Source of the DNA: an uncultured Candidatus Saccharibacteria bacterium
Lineage (GTDB): Bacteria; Patescibacteriota; Saccharimonadia; UBA4664; CAZOQX01
NCBI GenBank assembly: GCA_964582465.1
Contig: CAZOQX010000001.1
Span: 89,214 to 153,213, forward strand
Length of the DNA stretch: 64,000 nucleotides
Reading direction: 5' to 3'
Below the pieces are notes generated by a model that saw only the letters and a list, made by a program, of their open reading frames with translations, was not told where the DNA came from and made no database searches. How positions within the stretch are numbered: the first letter of the stretch is position 1; each line of letters begins with the position of its first letter. This document shows positions 1 through 10,057 of the stretch, piece after piece. The translations under genes were made by a program, and so were the position numbers.

Positions 1-181
1 CCCCTGAAATCGTGATATTACCAGACACTGGCGGCGGATCGGCACTTACTGCCTTGGTGTAGGTCATTAAAAAGACGCCCAAGAGCAATAGGATAAAGCT
101 CAGCAACGCATAGGATGTATGCTCATGCGGCAACAAACGGCCAGTATGGCGATGATTACTAACTTTAACCTTTAGGGCCAT
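1..181 (-). CDS. Partial membrane-anchored/surface protein running off the window start (MALKVKVSNHRHTGRLLPHEHTSYALLSFILLLLGVFLMTYTKAVSADPPP...)
   Basis: Manual translation (not in ORF track). Open frame from ATG at 181 with a basic N-terminus and hydrophobic segment; TATAAT just upstream. Confidence 0.65.
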   Translation of the reverse strand, partial: MALKVKVSNHRHTGRLLPHEHTSYALLSFILLLLGVFLMTYTKAVSADPPPVSGNITISG

Positions 182-378
182 TAGGGCCCATTATACCACT
201 TATGCTTACCTGATATAGTGACGATAACCCTGTGTAATACCGGCAAATACTTTGACATCCCGCTCCTGGGCCAGGCGGTGGCTTCAGCAGCCCTAAATTC
301 GTCTTTATCTGAGAATCAGGTTGACAAGCTTCTTTAGGTTAGCTAACCTGGTAATTACGATTAAGTGAGGGACCATAA

Positions 379-576
379 ATGGCCTACGCGCACACTAACT
401 CAAAGGGGCAGACTTATTATCTGCACATGAAGGACGTCAACCTCAAGGGTGGCCGCGTCCAGCGTATTTACTTTTTTGCCCGTGACGAGCGCCCCGGCGC
501 CGTCGACGAAATGCCGGCTGGCTACCAGGTGGTGGAAAACGCCCGCACTGGCTTGCCGATCCTGAAAAAGGCCTAA
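379..576 (+). CDS. Small conserved hypothetical protein (65 aa)
   Basis: ORF with upstream GAGGGA, TTGACA promoter-like element and downstream terminator. Confidence 0.75.
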   Translation: MAYAHTNSKGQTYYLHMKDVNLKGGRVQRIYFFARDERPGAVDEMPAGYQVVENARTGLPILKKA

Positions 577-593
577 TATCGATCTTGATAGCT

Positions 594-620
594 AAGAGCT
601 CCCGCTAGCCGGGGGCTTTT
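594..620 (+). terminator. Rho-independent terminator
   Basis: AAGAGCTCCCG-CTAGC-CGGGGGCTTTT stem-loop with U tract. Confidence 0.7.
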
Positions 621-668
621 AGTTTGTGGTTGTCGTCGTTCAGGTGACTGCGCTATGCTTGTAAGGCT

Positions 669-1436
669 ATGGCAGTGCAAACCGGCTCAATTCTACAAGT
701 TCATAATCTCAAAAAGAAATATGGCGACTTCGAAGCTGTGAAGGGCGTTAGTTTCGAAGTTAAGCGCGGCGAGGTTTTTGGTATTTTGGGACCGAACGGC
801 GCCGGCAAAACCACTACGCTTGAAATGATCGAAGGCATGCGGCCAATCGGTGAGGGGGAAGTTTCCCTTGACGGTCATAATGTCGCCAAAGAGAGATATC
901 GCGTCAAAGAATTAATTGGTGTGCAGCTGCAATCATCCGCCTTCTTTGACCGACTGAGTTTAGTGGAACTCCTGAACTTGTTTGGCAGCCTATATGCACG
1001 GACCGTACATCCTCACGCCCTGCTTAAGCAGGTTGGCTTGAGCGAAAAGGCCAAATCATATGTGAAGAGTTTATCGGGTGGTCAGCGCCAACGTTTCAGC
1101 ATTGCCGCCGCGCTGGTTAATAAGCCCATTGCCATCTTCCTAGACGAACCGACTACTGGTCTTGATCCGCAGGCACGCCGCAACTTATGGGAGCTAATTC
1201 AAGAGATTCGTGCCTCTGGCGTCACCATCCTACTGACAACACATTACATGGATGAGGCTGAGGTTTTGTGCGACCGTGTAGCCATTATGGATGAGGGTAA
1301 GATCATCGCCCTTGATACGCCGCAAAATTTGGTGACGCAATTGCTCGGCCGCGGCTTTAAGCCCAAGCGGATGGTGGCGCCGGCCACTCTGGAAGATGTT
1401 TTTATTGATTTAACCGGTCACGGCTTGAGGGAATAA
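669..1436 (+). CDS. ABC-2 type transporter ATP-binding protein
   Basis: Walker A GPNGAGKTT, LSGGQ signature, Walker B IFLDEPTTGLD, H-loop TTHYM. Confidence 0.95.
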   Translation: MAVQTGSILQVHNLKKKYGDFEAVKGVSFEVKRGEVFGILGPNGAGKTTTLEMIEGMRPIGEGEVSLDGHNVAKERYRVKELIGVQLQSSAFFDRLSLVELLNLFGSLYARTVHPHALLKQVGLSEKAKSYVKSLSGGQRQRFSIAAALVNKPIAIFLDEPTTGLDPQARRNLWELIQEIRASGVTILLTTHYMDEAEVLCDRVAIMDEGKIIALDTPQNLVTQLLGRGFKPKRMVAPATLEDVFIDLTGHGLRE

Positions 1437-1437
1437 G

Positions 1438-2640
1438 ATGCGTGTATTAATTGCCATACTTGCCGGAATTTTGATCCTAGGTGCTTTGCGCCGGCAGGTG
1501 ATGAGCCGATCATCCCTCAATCCTCTGACGCTCAAAATTAAAAATCGGGCGGTGCGGGCTCTCATGAGTTTAACCGGAGCTTCGGTGAAAATGTATTTCC
1601 GCAATCGTACGGCCGTTTTTTTCACGCTGTTCATCCCAGTCATCTTCATTCTCATCTTTGGGGTGTTGAATTTTGGCGGTGGCGGTTCAATCGGCATTGA
1701 TGTCACAAACCATTCGCAGTCGCCTCTGGCCAACCAATTCGTGAGCCAGGTCAAAAAGATCCAAGCCTTTAAGGTCAAGGTTGTATCCGAACAGGCGGCT
1801 CGTGATGAACTCGGTAAGGGTAAGGCCGACCTGCAGCTGATTATTCCAAGTAGTTTTGGCGCTGTGACGCAAGCTCAGGCTAAGAGCAGTAATACCATCC
1901 AAGCTTATTATAATGAGGCGCGGGCCCAAACTGGGCAGACGGCTGGACTGATTTTGTCCCAAATCGCCAACCAGATGAACGCTGTCATCACTCAGGCGCC
2001 GCAGGTGATTGCCCTTAAAACCACCGGCGTGAAAGTCAGAAACTTGACCTACATCGATTTCCTCATTCCTGGGATTGTGGCCATGAGCATCATGCAGCTT
2101 GGGATTATCAGCATTGCCTTTGCCTTTGTATCGTTTAAATCTACCGGGCAGCTGCGCCGTCTTCAGGCAACACCGATCCATCCGTCTTACTTCCTTTTCG
2201 GTGAGTCAATCGCCCGCTTGATCATTGGCATGTTGCAGGTTGTGGTATTGGTAGGATTGGGGCTCGCTATTTTCCATCTGCATTTAATTGGCAGCCTTTG
2301 GAACTTGCTGGTGCTAGCGCTCATCGGAACGGCTACATTTCTGGCCATGGGCTTCATGGTGGCCGGACGGGCCCGGGACGAAAATCAAGCTGCTCCAATC
2401 GCAAACCTAATTGCTTTTCCGCAGATGTTCCTTTCCGGCGTCTTTTTCCCGCGTGACTCCTTGCCGCACTGGCTGCACACAATCACTAACTACTTGCCGC
2501 TAACTTATCTATCCGACGCCATGCATCGTGTTTCCAATGAAGGAGTTAACCTCTGGGCCGTTCGCAGCGATGTACTGGGTCTGGCGGTATGGGGCGTCAT
2601 CTCGTTCTTTATAGCGGCGCGCCTGTTTACCTGGGAGTAG
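1438..2640 (+). CDS. ABC-2 type transporter permease
   Basis: Multi-TM protein with extracellular loop, YIDFLIPG and FLSGVFFP..LP.WL motifs; adjacent to ATPase. True start may be downstream. Confidence 0.9.
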   Translation: MRVLIAILAGILILGALRRQVMSRSSLNPLTLKIKNRAVRALMSLTGASVKMYFRNRTAVFFTLFIPVIFILIFGVLNFGGGGSIGIDVTNHSQSPLANQFVSQVKKIQAFKVKVVSEQAARDELGKGKADLQLIIPSSFGAVTQAQAKSSNTIQAYYNEARAQTGQTAGLILSQIANQMNAVITQAPQVIALKTTGVKVRNLTYIDFLIPGIVAMSIMQLGIISIAFAFVSFKSTGQLRRLQATPIHPSYFLFGESIARLIIGMLQVVVLVGLGLAIFHLHLIGSLWNLLVLALIGTATFLAMGFMVAGRARDENQAAPIANLIAFPQMFLSGVFFPRDSLPHWLHTITNYLPLTYLSDAMHRVSNEGVNLWAVRSDVLGLAVWGVISFFIAARLFTWE

Positions 2641-2705
2641 CTGCTTAGCTACGCACAGCCCGAGTTGCTAAAGCGGCTACCTAAACCTTACAATCCAAGA
2701 GGTGT

Positions 2706-2780
2706 GGGCCTGTAGCTCAGCGGTAGAGCGGCACTCTTATAAGGTGTTGGTCGATGGTTCGAATCCATCCGGGCCCACCA
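2706..2780 (+). tRNA. tRNA-Ile (anticodon UAU)
   Basis: Cloverleaf with acceptor GGGCCTG/CGGGCCC, anticodon loop CT-TAT-AA (2736-2742), GGTTCGAATCC T arm, encoded CCA. Confidence 0.92.
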
Positions 2781-2817
2781 GTTTTACAATCTGGAGCCTA
2801 AGAACTATGATTATGAC

Positions 2818-3648
2818 ATGCGATTTTTAGCCGGACTGCTTGGCTCGCTCCTGACTATTTCGATCATAGCTGTCTCAACTAGTTTTGTATTAGATCGGAC
2901 ACTACTTAGCTCCAGTTATTTGGAGAGTAAGGCTCAGCAGACTAACCTTTATAGTGACCTGGCGCGATTGCTGCCGGAACAAATCGGCGCTCACGGTGCG
3001 GCCACCGCGGCTGGGCAGGCGCAAATTACCGACAAGCTCAAAACCGTTATCACACCTGAGGCCATCAGGCAGCACGTGGAGCCGGCCTTAACGCAGATGG
3101 AACAGTTTTATAAAGCTGGAGCTGCCGCACCGGCTGTAATCAACTTTAGTGACCTGGCGGACCGGGCTCGAGCTGCCGGCCTCGATATACCGGCCAATCA
3201 GTTTGATCAGCAAGTGATTCTCACACCTACTGATTCGCCCGCGCGCCCAGTGATTCGCAAGTTCGAAGTGGGCAAGAACTATGCGCTATTTGCAGCTTTG
3301 GCGCTACTGATTGGTCTCGGTTTTGTCAGTTACCGATTGAAAAAGTTTGGCCACTTGCTCGCCGCGCTGATTATCCCTGCCACGTGGTTTGCGGTTCTGG
3401 CTTTTGGTGTGACCAAATTACCGGGCTTGGCAAACGCCAACTTTAAGCTTAACGACCAGGCACAGCCGCTGGGCCCGACCGTAGGCCACTTGGTTGGCGC
3501 GATTTCCCATGATCTAAGCGTGAAATTTCTCGATCTTACAATTATTCTTGTGGCCTTAGCTTTAGCGGTTTACGGCGCTCACTGGTTTTTGTACAAACGT
3601 CCTCGAGCTAGTCAGTCGGTGGGTAAACCCATGGTAACCAAAGCTTGA
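2818..3648 (+). CDS. Hypothetical membrane protein
   Basis: 276 aa ORF with N-terminal TM and three C-terminal TM segments. Confidence 0.75.
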   Translation: MRFLAGLLGSLLTISIIAVSTSFVLDRTLLSSSYLESKAQQTNLYSDLARLLPEQIGAHGAATAAGQAQITDKLKTVITPEAIRQHVEPALTQMEQFYKAGAAAPAVINFSDLADRARAAGLDIPANQFDQQVILTPTDSPARPVIRKFEVGKNYALFAALALLIGLGFVSYRLKKFGHLLAALIIPATWFAVLAFGVTKLPGLANANFKLNDQAQPLGPTVGHLVGAISHDLSVKFLDLTIILVALALAVYGAHWFLYKRPRASQSVGKPMVTKA

Positions 3649-3703
3649 CACTAGCCAGGGCATACAGCATCATTAAGCATAAGAAGAATAATAAGGAGTA
3701 AAA

Positions 3704-4603
3704 ATGGGACCTTCCGAAAGCCCTTTGTCGCCCGATCATATTGAGCACGCTAACCATCACCGGGTGCTGGAGAGCAAGCTAAAAACTTCGAAGTGGCTGC
3801 TCGGCCTAATGGCTGTGGCGGTAGCTGGGGTTGGTGCTGTGGTAGTATTTCTCACTCATGCTGGTGGTACGGGCGACCAGTATTACTCTTTCCAACTACA
3901 GGAAAGTTACACTTCCTACAATAATGGTAAAACTAGTCAAAAAGCCTATACCAACCCGACAGTTTGCAAAGCTAATTACTATATCTGCCATGATCCGAAT
4001 GGTAGTTTGGTACTGGAAAATAGCTATGATCCTTATCAAACCAACTACGCCTGGAAGAGCGGCCCGGCTACTGCCGGACCGGTTAAGGCTTGGTTTGGCC
4101 CGTATTTCTGGGAAGGAAGCTCCGATTACGCCTACAACTGGGGATACACCGGCAGCAATAGCGCCTGCTTCTACATGCAGGATGTGTCAGGCGGTCAAAC
4201 TCATGCTAACGTTACCTTTGCCATTACAGGACGATCGGTAGCTACAAACCAGCTGCGAGTACTCGGTTCGACGCGGGGCAATCTATCGGGCACATACAAA
4301 AACTACTACAACTTCCTTTGCTTGCCCTACTACCACGCGGACGAAGTGAAAGACATTCAATATCGTCTCACTGTTAACAGCGGCCGGGTGCAGACCGACT
4401 TCGTGGAGGTTCAGATTGGCTACTACAATCCATACCCGTACTACGGTGGTGCAGCGATCAAGAACCATAACGGCGTCGAAGCTACGGCTTGCAGCAGTAA
4501 ATCACGTACCGGCAGTTGCGCAAACTCGGCCGATACCACCAAGTACAATGTCAAACGCCAACTTACAAATGTTGATACCAAGCCCGCAGTAGATCTTGAG
4601 TAA
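3704..4603 (+). CDS. Membrane-anchored extracellular protein, Tyr/Asn-rich
   Basis: AAGGAG RBS; single N-terminal TM followed by a polar beta-rich domain with several Cys. Confidence 0.75.
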   Translation: MGPSESPLSPDHIEHANHHRVLESKLKTSKWLLGLMAVAVAGVGAVVVFLTHAGGTGDQYYSFQLQESYTSYNNGKTSQKAYTNPTVCKANYYICHDPNGSLVLENSYDPYQTNYAWKSGPATAGPVKAWFGPYFWEGSSDYAYNWGYTGSNSACFYMQDVSGGQTHANVTFAITGRSVATNQLRVLGSTRGNLSGTYKNYYNFLCLPYYHADEVKDIQYRLTVNSGRVQTDFVEVQIGYYNPYPYYGGAAIKNHNGVEATACSSKSRTGSCANSADTTKYNVKRQLTNVDTKPAVDLE

Positions 4604-5729
4604 ACAACAAGCCAGTTCATTTTTTAAGGAGTCCGCGGCCCGCGCCAAGGGCTCCTTAAATGTTTCGACCTTGGCACTTGCCCTAGCAAGCTTGCCGCTG
4701 TCTGCCATTTGGCTACGGCAATTCGGCCTGGCCTGGTTCTACGTATTGGCTGTAATCGGGCTGGGAGCGTGGTTGTGGCGACAGGGCTACTTATCATTGC
4801 CGAACAATCGGCTGATTGCTGGTGCAGGGCTGCTACTTGGCTGGGGTTTGCTTTCATGCCTATGGTCGCCTAGCCGACTGAATAGCTTGGCCTGGACAGT
4901 GCTTCTGCTCGTGAGCTACCTTTTCTTCATTTTGGCCATGCAATTAAAACCGGAGTGGTGGATGCGAGCCTTTGCGATTATAAATGGCGCTTTTGGCTTC
5001 TGGGCGGTGGTTAGCAGGCTGCAGCATGTCGGGCGGTTTGGCGGTACCTTTTTCTGGCCCAACCCAGCGGCGGTCTTTTTAGCGGTTGGCGTAATCATTT
5101 CACTTGCCTTGTTTTTGCATGGCCAGCGCTTCTTCCTAATTTCTTTGGGTTTTAGCTTTGTCGGCTTGATTTTAACTGGCTCAAAAATTGCCTTGATCGC
5201 TCTACTTGCTGTGCTTGGGATTAGATTTTTGCGGGCCCGGCAGACCAAAACGCTCTACCTAGTGGCTGCCCTAATCTTAATTGCAGCGCTGGGATGGAGT
5301 TTAGTGCGCCCGGCCGGGCAAAAGGCGGCGAGGGTCAGTCTGCGCGACCGCACTCGTTATGCGCGGGAGGCTCTTGATGTTTGGAGAGCACATCCCGTTA
5401 TAGGCCTGGGAGCGGGCACGTATCCACTAATAGCACTGCGCGAAACCGCTGGCGAAATCAATCCTTCCGTTAGTGTCCACAATTTTTATTTGCAGAGTCT
5501 AGCCGAGCTCGGCTTGGTGGGTGGTCTAATGCTGCTTGGTCTTGTCATTTTCTTGATGCGGCCACTTTGGTCCGCGTTTGCGAGTGAGGCGTGGGCACTG
5601 CCGGCGGCGGCTTTGATGCTCGCCCTCCACTTTGGCCTAGAGGTCGATAACTTGTACCCGTTGCTCTGGGTGTTGCTCGCGATTCTACTCGGCTTTAGCT
5701 ACCGGGCTGGCGTGCCTGAGAAGCATTAG
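4596..5729 (+). CDS. O-antigen ligase (Wzy_C) family membrane protein
   Basis: Multi-TM; R.GGTF..PN, LTGSK, P.IG.G.G.Y and HNFYLQ.LAELGLVG motifs. Confidence 0.85.
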   Translation: MSKQQASSFFKESAARAKGSLNVSTLALALASLPLSAIWLRQFGLAWFYVLAVIGLGAWLWRQGYLSLPNNRLIAGAGLLLGWGLLSCLWSPSRLNSLAWTVLLLVSYLFFILAMQLKPEWWMRAFAIINGAFGFWAVVSRLQHVGRFGGTFFWPNPAAVFLAVGVIISLALFLHGQRFFLISLGFSFVGLILTGSKIALIALLAVLGIRFLRARQTKTLYLVAALILIAALGWSLVRPAGQKAARVSLRDRTRYAREALDVWRAHPVIGLGAGTYPLIALRETAGEINPSVSVHNFYLQSLAELGLVGGLMLLGLVIFLMRPLWSAFASEAWALPAAALMLALHFGLEVDNLYPLLWVLLAILLGFSYRAGVPEKH

Positions 5730-5746
5730 CGTAAAATAGGGGTGTT

Positions 5747-6106
5747 ATGCGCTGGAAGTCGATTCTTTATTACGGTCTAGGGCTGATCTTTTCGGTCTAC
5801 CTTTTTGGCAATCTGATTTCTACGGTGCGTCGTAATTACGACCTGAAATTGCAGATTGCCACAGTGGAGCAGGAAAACGCTGTGCTGAAAGCTCAGAACG
5901 ATCAGTTGCGTTACCAAATTACCTATTATCAAACCCCGGAGTTTGCCGAAAAGGAGGCCCGCGCTAAGTTGGGCCTGCAGCAACCGGGCGAAAACGTCAT
6001 TATCCTTCCCGGCACACAGGCCAAATCGCAGCAGGCACCCGTGAGCATGCCCAAGCCGGCTCCTCAATCCAACTTTCGTCAGTGGCTGAGCTTTCTGTTC
6101 GGCTAA
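5747..6106 (+). CDS. Septum formation initiator (FtsB/DivIC family)
   Basis: TM plus coiled coil plus EKEARAKLGLQQPGE motif. Confidence 0.85.
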   Translation: MRWKSILYYGLGLIFSVYLFGNLISTVRRNYDLKLQIATVEQENAVLKAQNDQLRYQITYYQTPEFAEKEARAKLGLQQPGENVIILPGTQAKSQQAPVSMPKPAPQSNFRQWLSFLFG

Positions 6107-6156
6107 AGTCTAAATCTTGATCTTAAAACGGTTAGAACCTATACTACTAAGCGCGT

Positions 6157-6231
6157 CGCGGGGTGGAGCAGTAGTAGCTCGTCGGGCTCATAACCCGGAG
6201 GTCGGTGGTGCAATTCCACCCCCCGCTACCA
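6157..6231 (+). tRNA. Initiator tRNA-fMet (CAU)
   Basis: CGCGGGG acceptor with 1:72 mismatch, GGG/CCC anticodon stem, CAT anticodon, CCA end. Confidence 0.95.
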
Positions 6232-6306
6232 AGAATTCTGGCTTAGTCTGCGAGAGTCCGCTATCATGCGGGCTCAATTTTTTCCAATAGCTCTACTTTA
6301 GGGGAG

Positions 6307-6342
6307 CGAATTGTAAACCAAGCGATAGCTGTTTACAATTCG
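6307..6342. repeat. Perfect 12-bp inverted repeat between tRNA genes
   Basis: CGAATTGTAAAC-N12-GTTTACAATTCG. Confidence 0.8.
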
Positions 6343-6352
6343 GAAGAGGCGA

Positions 6353-6427
<75 letters not shown>

Positions 6428-6494
6428 GTAATAATTTGGCTTTGTTGGGCCGGTATATACGTGTTTTTATCTGTAGGAACATAATATGCTTCTA

Positions 6495-6523
6495 TTGACA
6501 TATTATGGTTCTTATGCTATTAT
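6495..6523 (+). promoter_or_regulatory. Sigma70-type promoter
   Basis: TTGACA-17 nt-TATTAT with extended -10 TGn. Confidence 0.8.
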
Positions 6524-6578
6524 TCCTCCGTTCTTAGTGTGGATGACGGGTGACCGTCTTGACAGAAAGGGGGCAGCG

Positions 6579-6971
6579 ATGCCCGCAGTTACCATGTACT
6601 ACCCACGAGGTTTCTTCGACTCCACCGACAAGGCCCGCTTCAGGCGGGACGTCAAGCAGAGCGTGGCCGGCTACATGGACGCAATCGATCCCGCAACGGG
6701 TGAGCGAACCAAGTATGGAGCCGACCCGGACGCGTTCATCGACCTCGTCCTCATCCCCTACGACCCCGACGACGCCGAGGTCACGACGCCGCTCCTTGGC
6801 ACGATTGTGACCTACGAGTGGCCCGACCGGATTGTCAACCTGCGCGACCGGATCAATGCGATCACCAACGAGGTCCGGCGGTCCCTCCCAACCGAGCTCG
6901 TACCGAGAGACCAGGAGGCCATCTCCTTCACCTTCCTCGGCAAGATGGCTGGTGCCTGGGCGGTGGCCTGA
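6579..6971 (+). CDS. High-GC protein, possible tautomerase-superfamily fold (N-terminal Pro)
   Basis: ATG preceded by AGAAAGGGGG; begins M-P-A-V-T-M-Y-Y and ends ISFTFLG....W, reminiscent of beta-alpha-beta tautomerases; GC-rich third positions. Confidence 0.6.
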   Translation: MPAVTMYYPRGFFDSTDKARFRRDVKQSVAGYMDAIDPATGERTKYGADPDAFIDLVLIPYDPDDAEVTTPLLGTIVTYEWPDRIVNLRDRINAITNEVRRSLPTELVPRDQEAISFTFLGKMAGAWAVA

Positions 6972-7001
6972 CCATCAGTATCCCGCTTCACGCGGCGAGA
7001 C

Positions 7002-7029
7002 ACCCGTCTCCCCCGTGGGGCGGGTTTTT
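7002..7029 (+). terminator. Rho-independent terminator
   Basis: ACCCGTCTC...GGGGCGGGT stem plus TTTT. Confidence 0.75.
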
Positions 7030-7174
7030 CGTTTAAGCTTAAACCAAGTCCACCAAATTATTCTTTTGCCATATGGTTTGAAGCGGCGGCGGCTGGTATG
7101 ATAAAGTGGCAATGGATTTTAGGAGAGCACATCTCCTTATTTGTTCTAAACGCATGAAACATTAGAGGAATCAT

Positions 7175-9022
7175 ATGAAAAAACGCACACGCAATTTTTT
7201 GATCTTTATCCTAGCCCTCCTGGGCATCTCCGTACTTCTGGCCTCGGCTACGCCCAGCACTAAGACGCAGAATGTATCGCTATCGCAGCTAATCGATGAG
7301 GTTAATTCCAACAAGATTTCGCAAATTGAGGTGGCGGGTGATAAGTTGACAGCCACTCCTAAAGAATCTGGAGCGGCTAAGCAAATCACATTTAAAGAAA
7401 GCTCGGCTAATCTTAAAGATTACGGTATAGATTACAGCAAGGTGAACGTGGTTACCAAGAATCCGGACGGCGGTGGCAGTCGTATCTTCGACGTTATATT
7501 AACGCTACTACCGATTCTGGTGATCATCGGCTTCTTCTACTTCATGATGCGCCAGGCGCAGGGTTCGAGTAACCAGGCCATGAGTTTTGGTAAGAGCCGG
7601 GCCAGATTGTTTACAGCCGACCGCAAGAAGGTGACATTCGCCGAGGTGGCGGGTGCCGAGGAATCAAAACAAGAGTTGGCCGAGGTGGTGGAATTCTTGA
7701 AATATCCCAGCAAATTTGAGTCGCTTGGGGCAAAGATTCCCAAGGGCGTGCTGCTGTTTGGTCCACCTGGAACAGGTAAGACGTTGCTCGCCCGAGCGGT
7801 AGCCGGCGAAGCGGGCGTGCCGTTCTTTAGCATTTCTGGTTCGGAATTTGTGGAAATGTTCGTCGGTGTCGGTGCCAGCCGGGTGCGCGATCTCTTCCTG
7901 CGGGCTAAGAAGAACGCGCCGTGCATTGTTTTCATCGATGAAATTGATGCCGTCGGTCGCCAGCGTGGTACCGGCATGGGTGGCGGTCACGACGAGCGCG
8001 AGCAAACTCTTAACCAGATCTTGGTTGAGATGGATGGTTTCGAGCAAGGTACAAACGTCATTGTGATGGCGGCGACTAACCGCCCCGACGTGCTTGATCC
8101 GGCCCTGCTGCGTCCTGGCCGCTTTGACCGTCGGGTGACGCTGGATTTGCCTGATCGCAAAGATCGCTTTGCAATCCTTACGGTCCATACCGAAGGGAAG
8201 CCGCTGGCGCCAGAAGTTAATCTCGACGAAATTGCCGCAAAAACTCCGGGTTTCTCCGGTGCCGACCTTTCGAACCTCGCAAACGAAGCTGCTATTTTAA
8301 CTGCCCGGCGCAATATGAAGAAGATTGGTATGAGCGAACTGCACGAGGCCGTGGAGAAGGTGGTGTTAGGGCCAGAGCGCAAGAGCCACATTATGAATGA
8401 TAAGGAGAAGGCAATTACAGCCTACCACGAAGCTGGGCACGCCCTAGTTGGGCATGTCTTGCCCGGGACTAATCCGCTGCATAAAATTTCGATCGTGTCG
8501 CGGGGGAGAGCTGGCGGCGTCACTTGGAGCCTCCCGACCGAGGACAAGTATATGTACACTTTGGCCGACTTCCGGGACGACCTAGCCATGGCCCTAGGTG
8601 GCCGGATGGCTGAAAAAATAGTTTATGGTGCGGAGAATATTACCACCGGAGCCGAGAATGATTTGCGCGAGGCGGCCGATTTGGCTCGCCGGATGGTGAC
8701 AGATTACGGCATGAGCAAGAAGTTGAAGAATCGCGTCTTTAGCTCGGGCCGCAGCCTGTTTTTGGGGCGGGACTTTGCCGAGCAGCGTGAGTACTCCGAA
8801 GATGTGGCAAAAGTAATTGATGAAGAAATCGCCGATTACATTGAGGAGGCCAGCCGGCGCTCCGAAGAGGTCATCACTGCTCATCGACCGATGCTCACTA
8901 AAATTGCCGATAAGTTAATCAAAGAAGAAACCATTGAAGGTGAGGAGCTGGAGAAGCTTTTCAAGGATATCGAAAAGGGCATGGGCATGCCGGCCCGGCG
9001 CTCCCGCCCAACTGCGGCATGA
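7175..9022 (+). CDS. ftsH: ATP-dependent zinc metalloprotease FtsH
   Basis: Two TMs, [42 protein letters not shown] zinc motif. Confidence 0.98.
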   Translation: MKKRTRNFLIFILALLGISVLLASATPSTKTQNVSLSQLIDEVNSNKISQIEVAGDKLTATPKESGAAKQITFKESSANLKDYGIDYSKVNVVTKNPDGGGSRIFDVILTLLPILVIIGFFYFMMRQAQGSSNQAMSFGKSRARLFTADRKKVTFAEVAGAEESKQELAEVVEFLKYPSKFESLGAKIPKGVLLFGPPGTGKTLLARAVAGEAGVPFFSISGSEFVEMFVGVGASRVRDLFLRAKKNAPCIVFIDEIDAVGRQRGTGMGGGHDEREQTLNQILVEMDGFEQGTNVIVMAATNRPDVLDPALLRPGRFDRRVTLDLPDRKDRFAILTVHTEGKPLAPEVNLDEIAAKTPGFSGADLSNLANEAAILTARRNMKKIGMSELHEAVEKVVLGPERKSHIMNDKEKAITAYHEAGHALVGHVLPGTNPLHKISIVSRGRAGGVTWSLPTEDKYMYTLADFRDDLAMALGGRMAEKIVYGAENITTGAENDLREAADLARRMVTDYGMSKKLKNRVFSSGRSLFLGRDFAEQREYSEDVAKVIDEEIADYIEEASRRSEEVITAHRPMLTKIADKLIKEETIEGEELEKLFKDIEKGMGMPARRSRPTAA

Positions 9023-9552
9023 TCACCCTTCCTATTTCCGAGGAAGAGCGGCAGGGTATATTCAATCAATTTTTACATGCCACCAGGCACGGAGCTTTTA
9101 AAACGGAAGTTTTACAAGACTACTACGAGCTCGATGCCTGCCCATCACTAGATGCCTGGCTAGCGGGAGAGCACAAAAAGTCTCTTGAACTGATGCTGGC
9201 CGATGGGCCGAATGAGTGGCAACTGGCCTACGGTCAATTGCAGGTTAAGAAGACGCGAGTTCATGTGGTGGAGCGGCCGTATTCACCTTACATTGAATGG
9301 GAAATTGAAGGGTATAAGCGGGTCTTGGCACAGGCGACCGGCGAAGACATTCGCCTGGTCGATCAGGACGAACTCGGCCAGAGGTGGTTACCTGACGGCG
9401 ATTTTTGGATTTTTGATGATGACAGAGTAATTCAGTACCACTATGAAGGTACCCACACCGTCTCGGCCGATGTTTACGATACTGGTGATGACATTTCTAA
9501 ATTCCTGGAACTTAGAGAGAGCTTAATAGCGAAGAGTAAGCCACTTAGATAA
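9019..9552 (+). CDS. DUF6879-like protein
   Basis: AF..E....Y, RVHVV..P.SPY..WE, GEDIR and LP..DFWIFDD motifs match the family from memory; ATGA overlap with ftsH. Confidence 0.7.
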   Translation: MITLPISEEERQGIFNQFLHATRHGAFKTEVLQDYYELDACPSLDAWLAGEHKKSLELMLADGPNEWQLAYGQLQVKKTRVHVVERPYSPYIEWEIEGYKRVLAQATGEDIRLVDQDELGQRWLPDGDFWIFDDDRVIQYHYEGTHTVSADVYDTGDDISKFLELRESLIAKSKPLR

Positions 9553-9568
9553 TTGCGCGGGCCAGACC

Positions 9569-10057
9569 TCAACCCGCAGTCGAAGTCTGGTGGGAATTGG
9601 CAAGCGCCAATTCACGGAAGAAGCGTTTGATGTCGTGGGTCGTTCGCAGCTTGGATGGTTCCAGCCGACCCTCTTCACGCAGCCGTTCGGCCGCAAAGAT
9701 CACGAAGTCGACCACGTCGCCTTGCTGGTTACAGCCGTGGCAGAAGAACCGACTGTTCGGCCACATTGTAACGGACGGCGTTTTCTCGCTGTGGGCTGGG
9801 CACAGTGCTACAAGCTTGTCGCCACTTTGACGACCTTGCCAGCCGAGCTCAGATAACACCTGTTTCCAAGTAACGGCGCCGCGCGCCCAGGCCGCAAAAT
9901 GGCGACTGATGCGCGGTTGATAACTCGGGACGGGCAGATAGAGCCGGTTGTAGCCCTTGCGCCGGTCGTACATGTAGACGTCGTAGCCAAGCTCGCGACC
10001 GTAGTCTTTGGTGTAGTCCGATAGGGGCCGCTCGTAACGGCGTAACTTTATGCGCAT
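9569..10057 (-). CDS. Stand-alone CHC2 zinc-finger (primase Zn-binding-like) protein
   Basis: CPAHSEKTPS...FFCHGC...GDVVDF; no TOPRIM domain; AAGAAGGAG RBS. Confidence 0.8.
   Translation of the reverse strand: MRIKLRRYERPLSDYTKDYGRELGYDVYMYDRRKGYNRLYLPVPSYQPRISRHFAAWARGAVTWKQVLSELGWQGRQSGDKLVALCPAHSEKTPSVTMWPNSRFFCHGCNQQGDVVDFVIFAAERLREEGRLEPSKLRTTHDIKRFFRELALANSHQTSTAG

Noticed and set aside
6486-6578. Longest-ORF N-terminal extensions (also at 30741, 33320, 34002, 37735, 38605, 38768, 41556, 42118, 60274, 63654)
   Set aside because: They overlap promoters or neighbouring genes; downstream starts have better RBS or -10 context.
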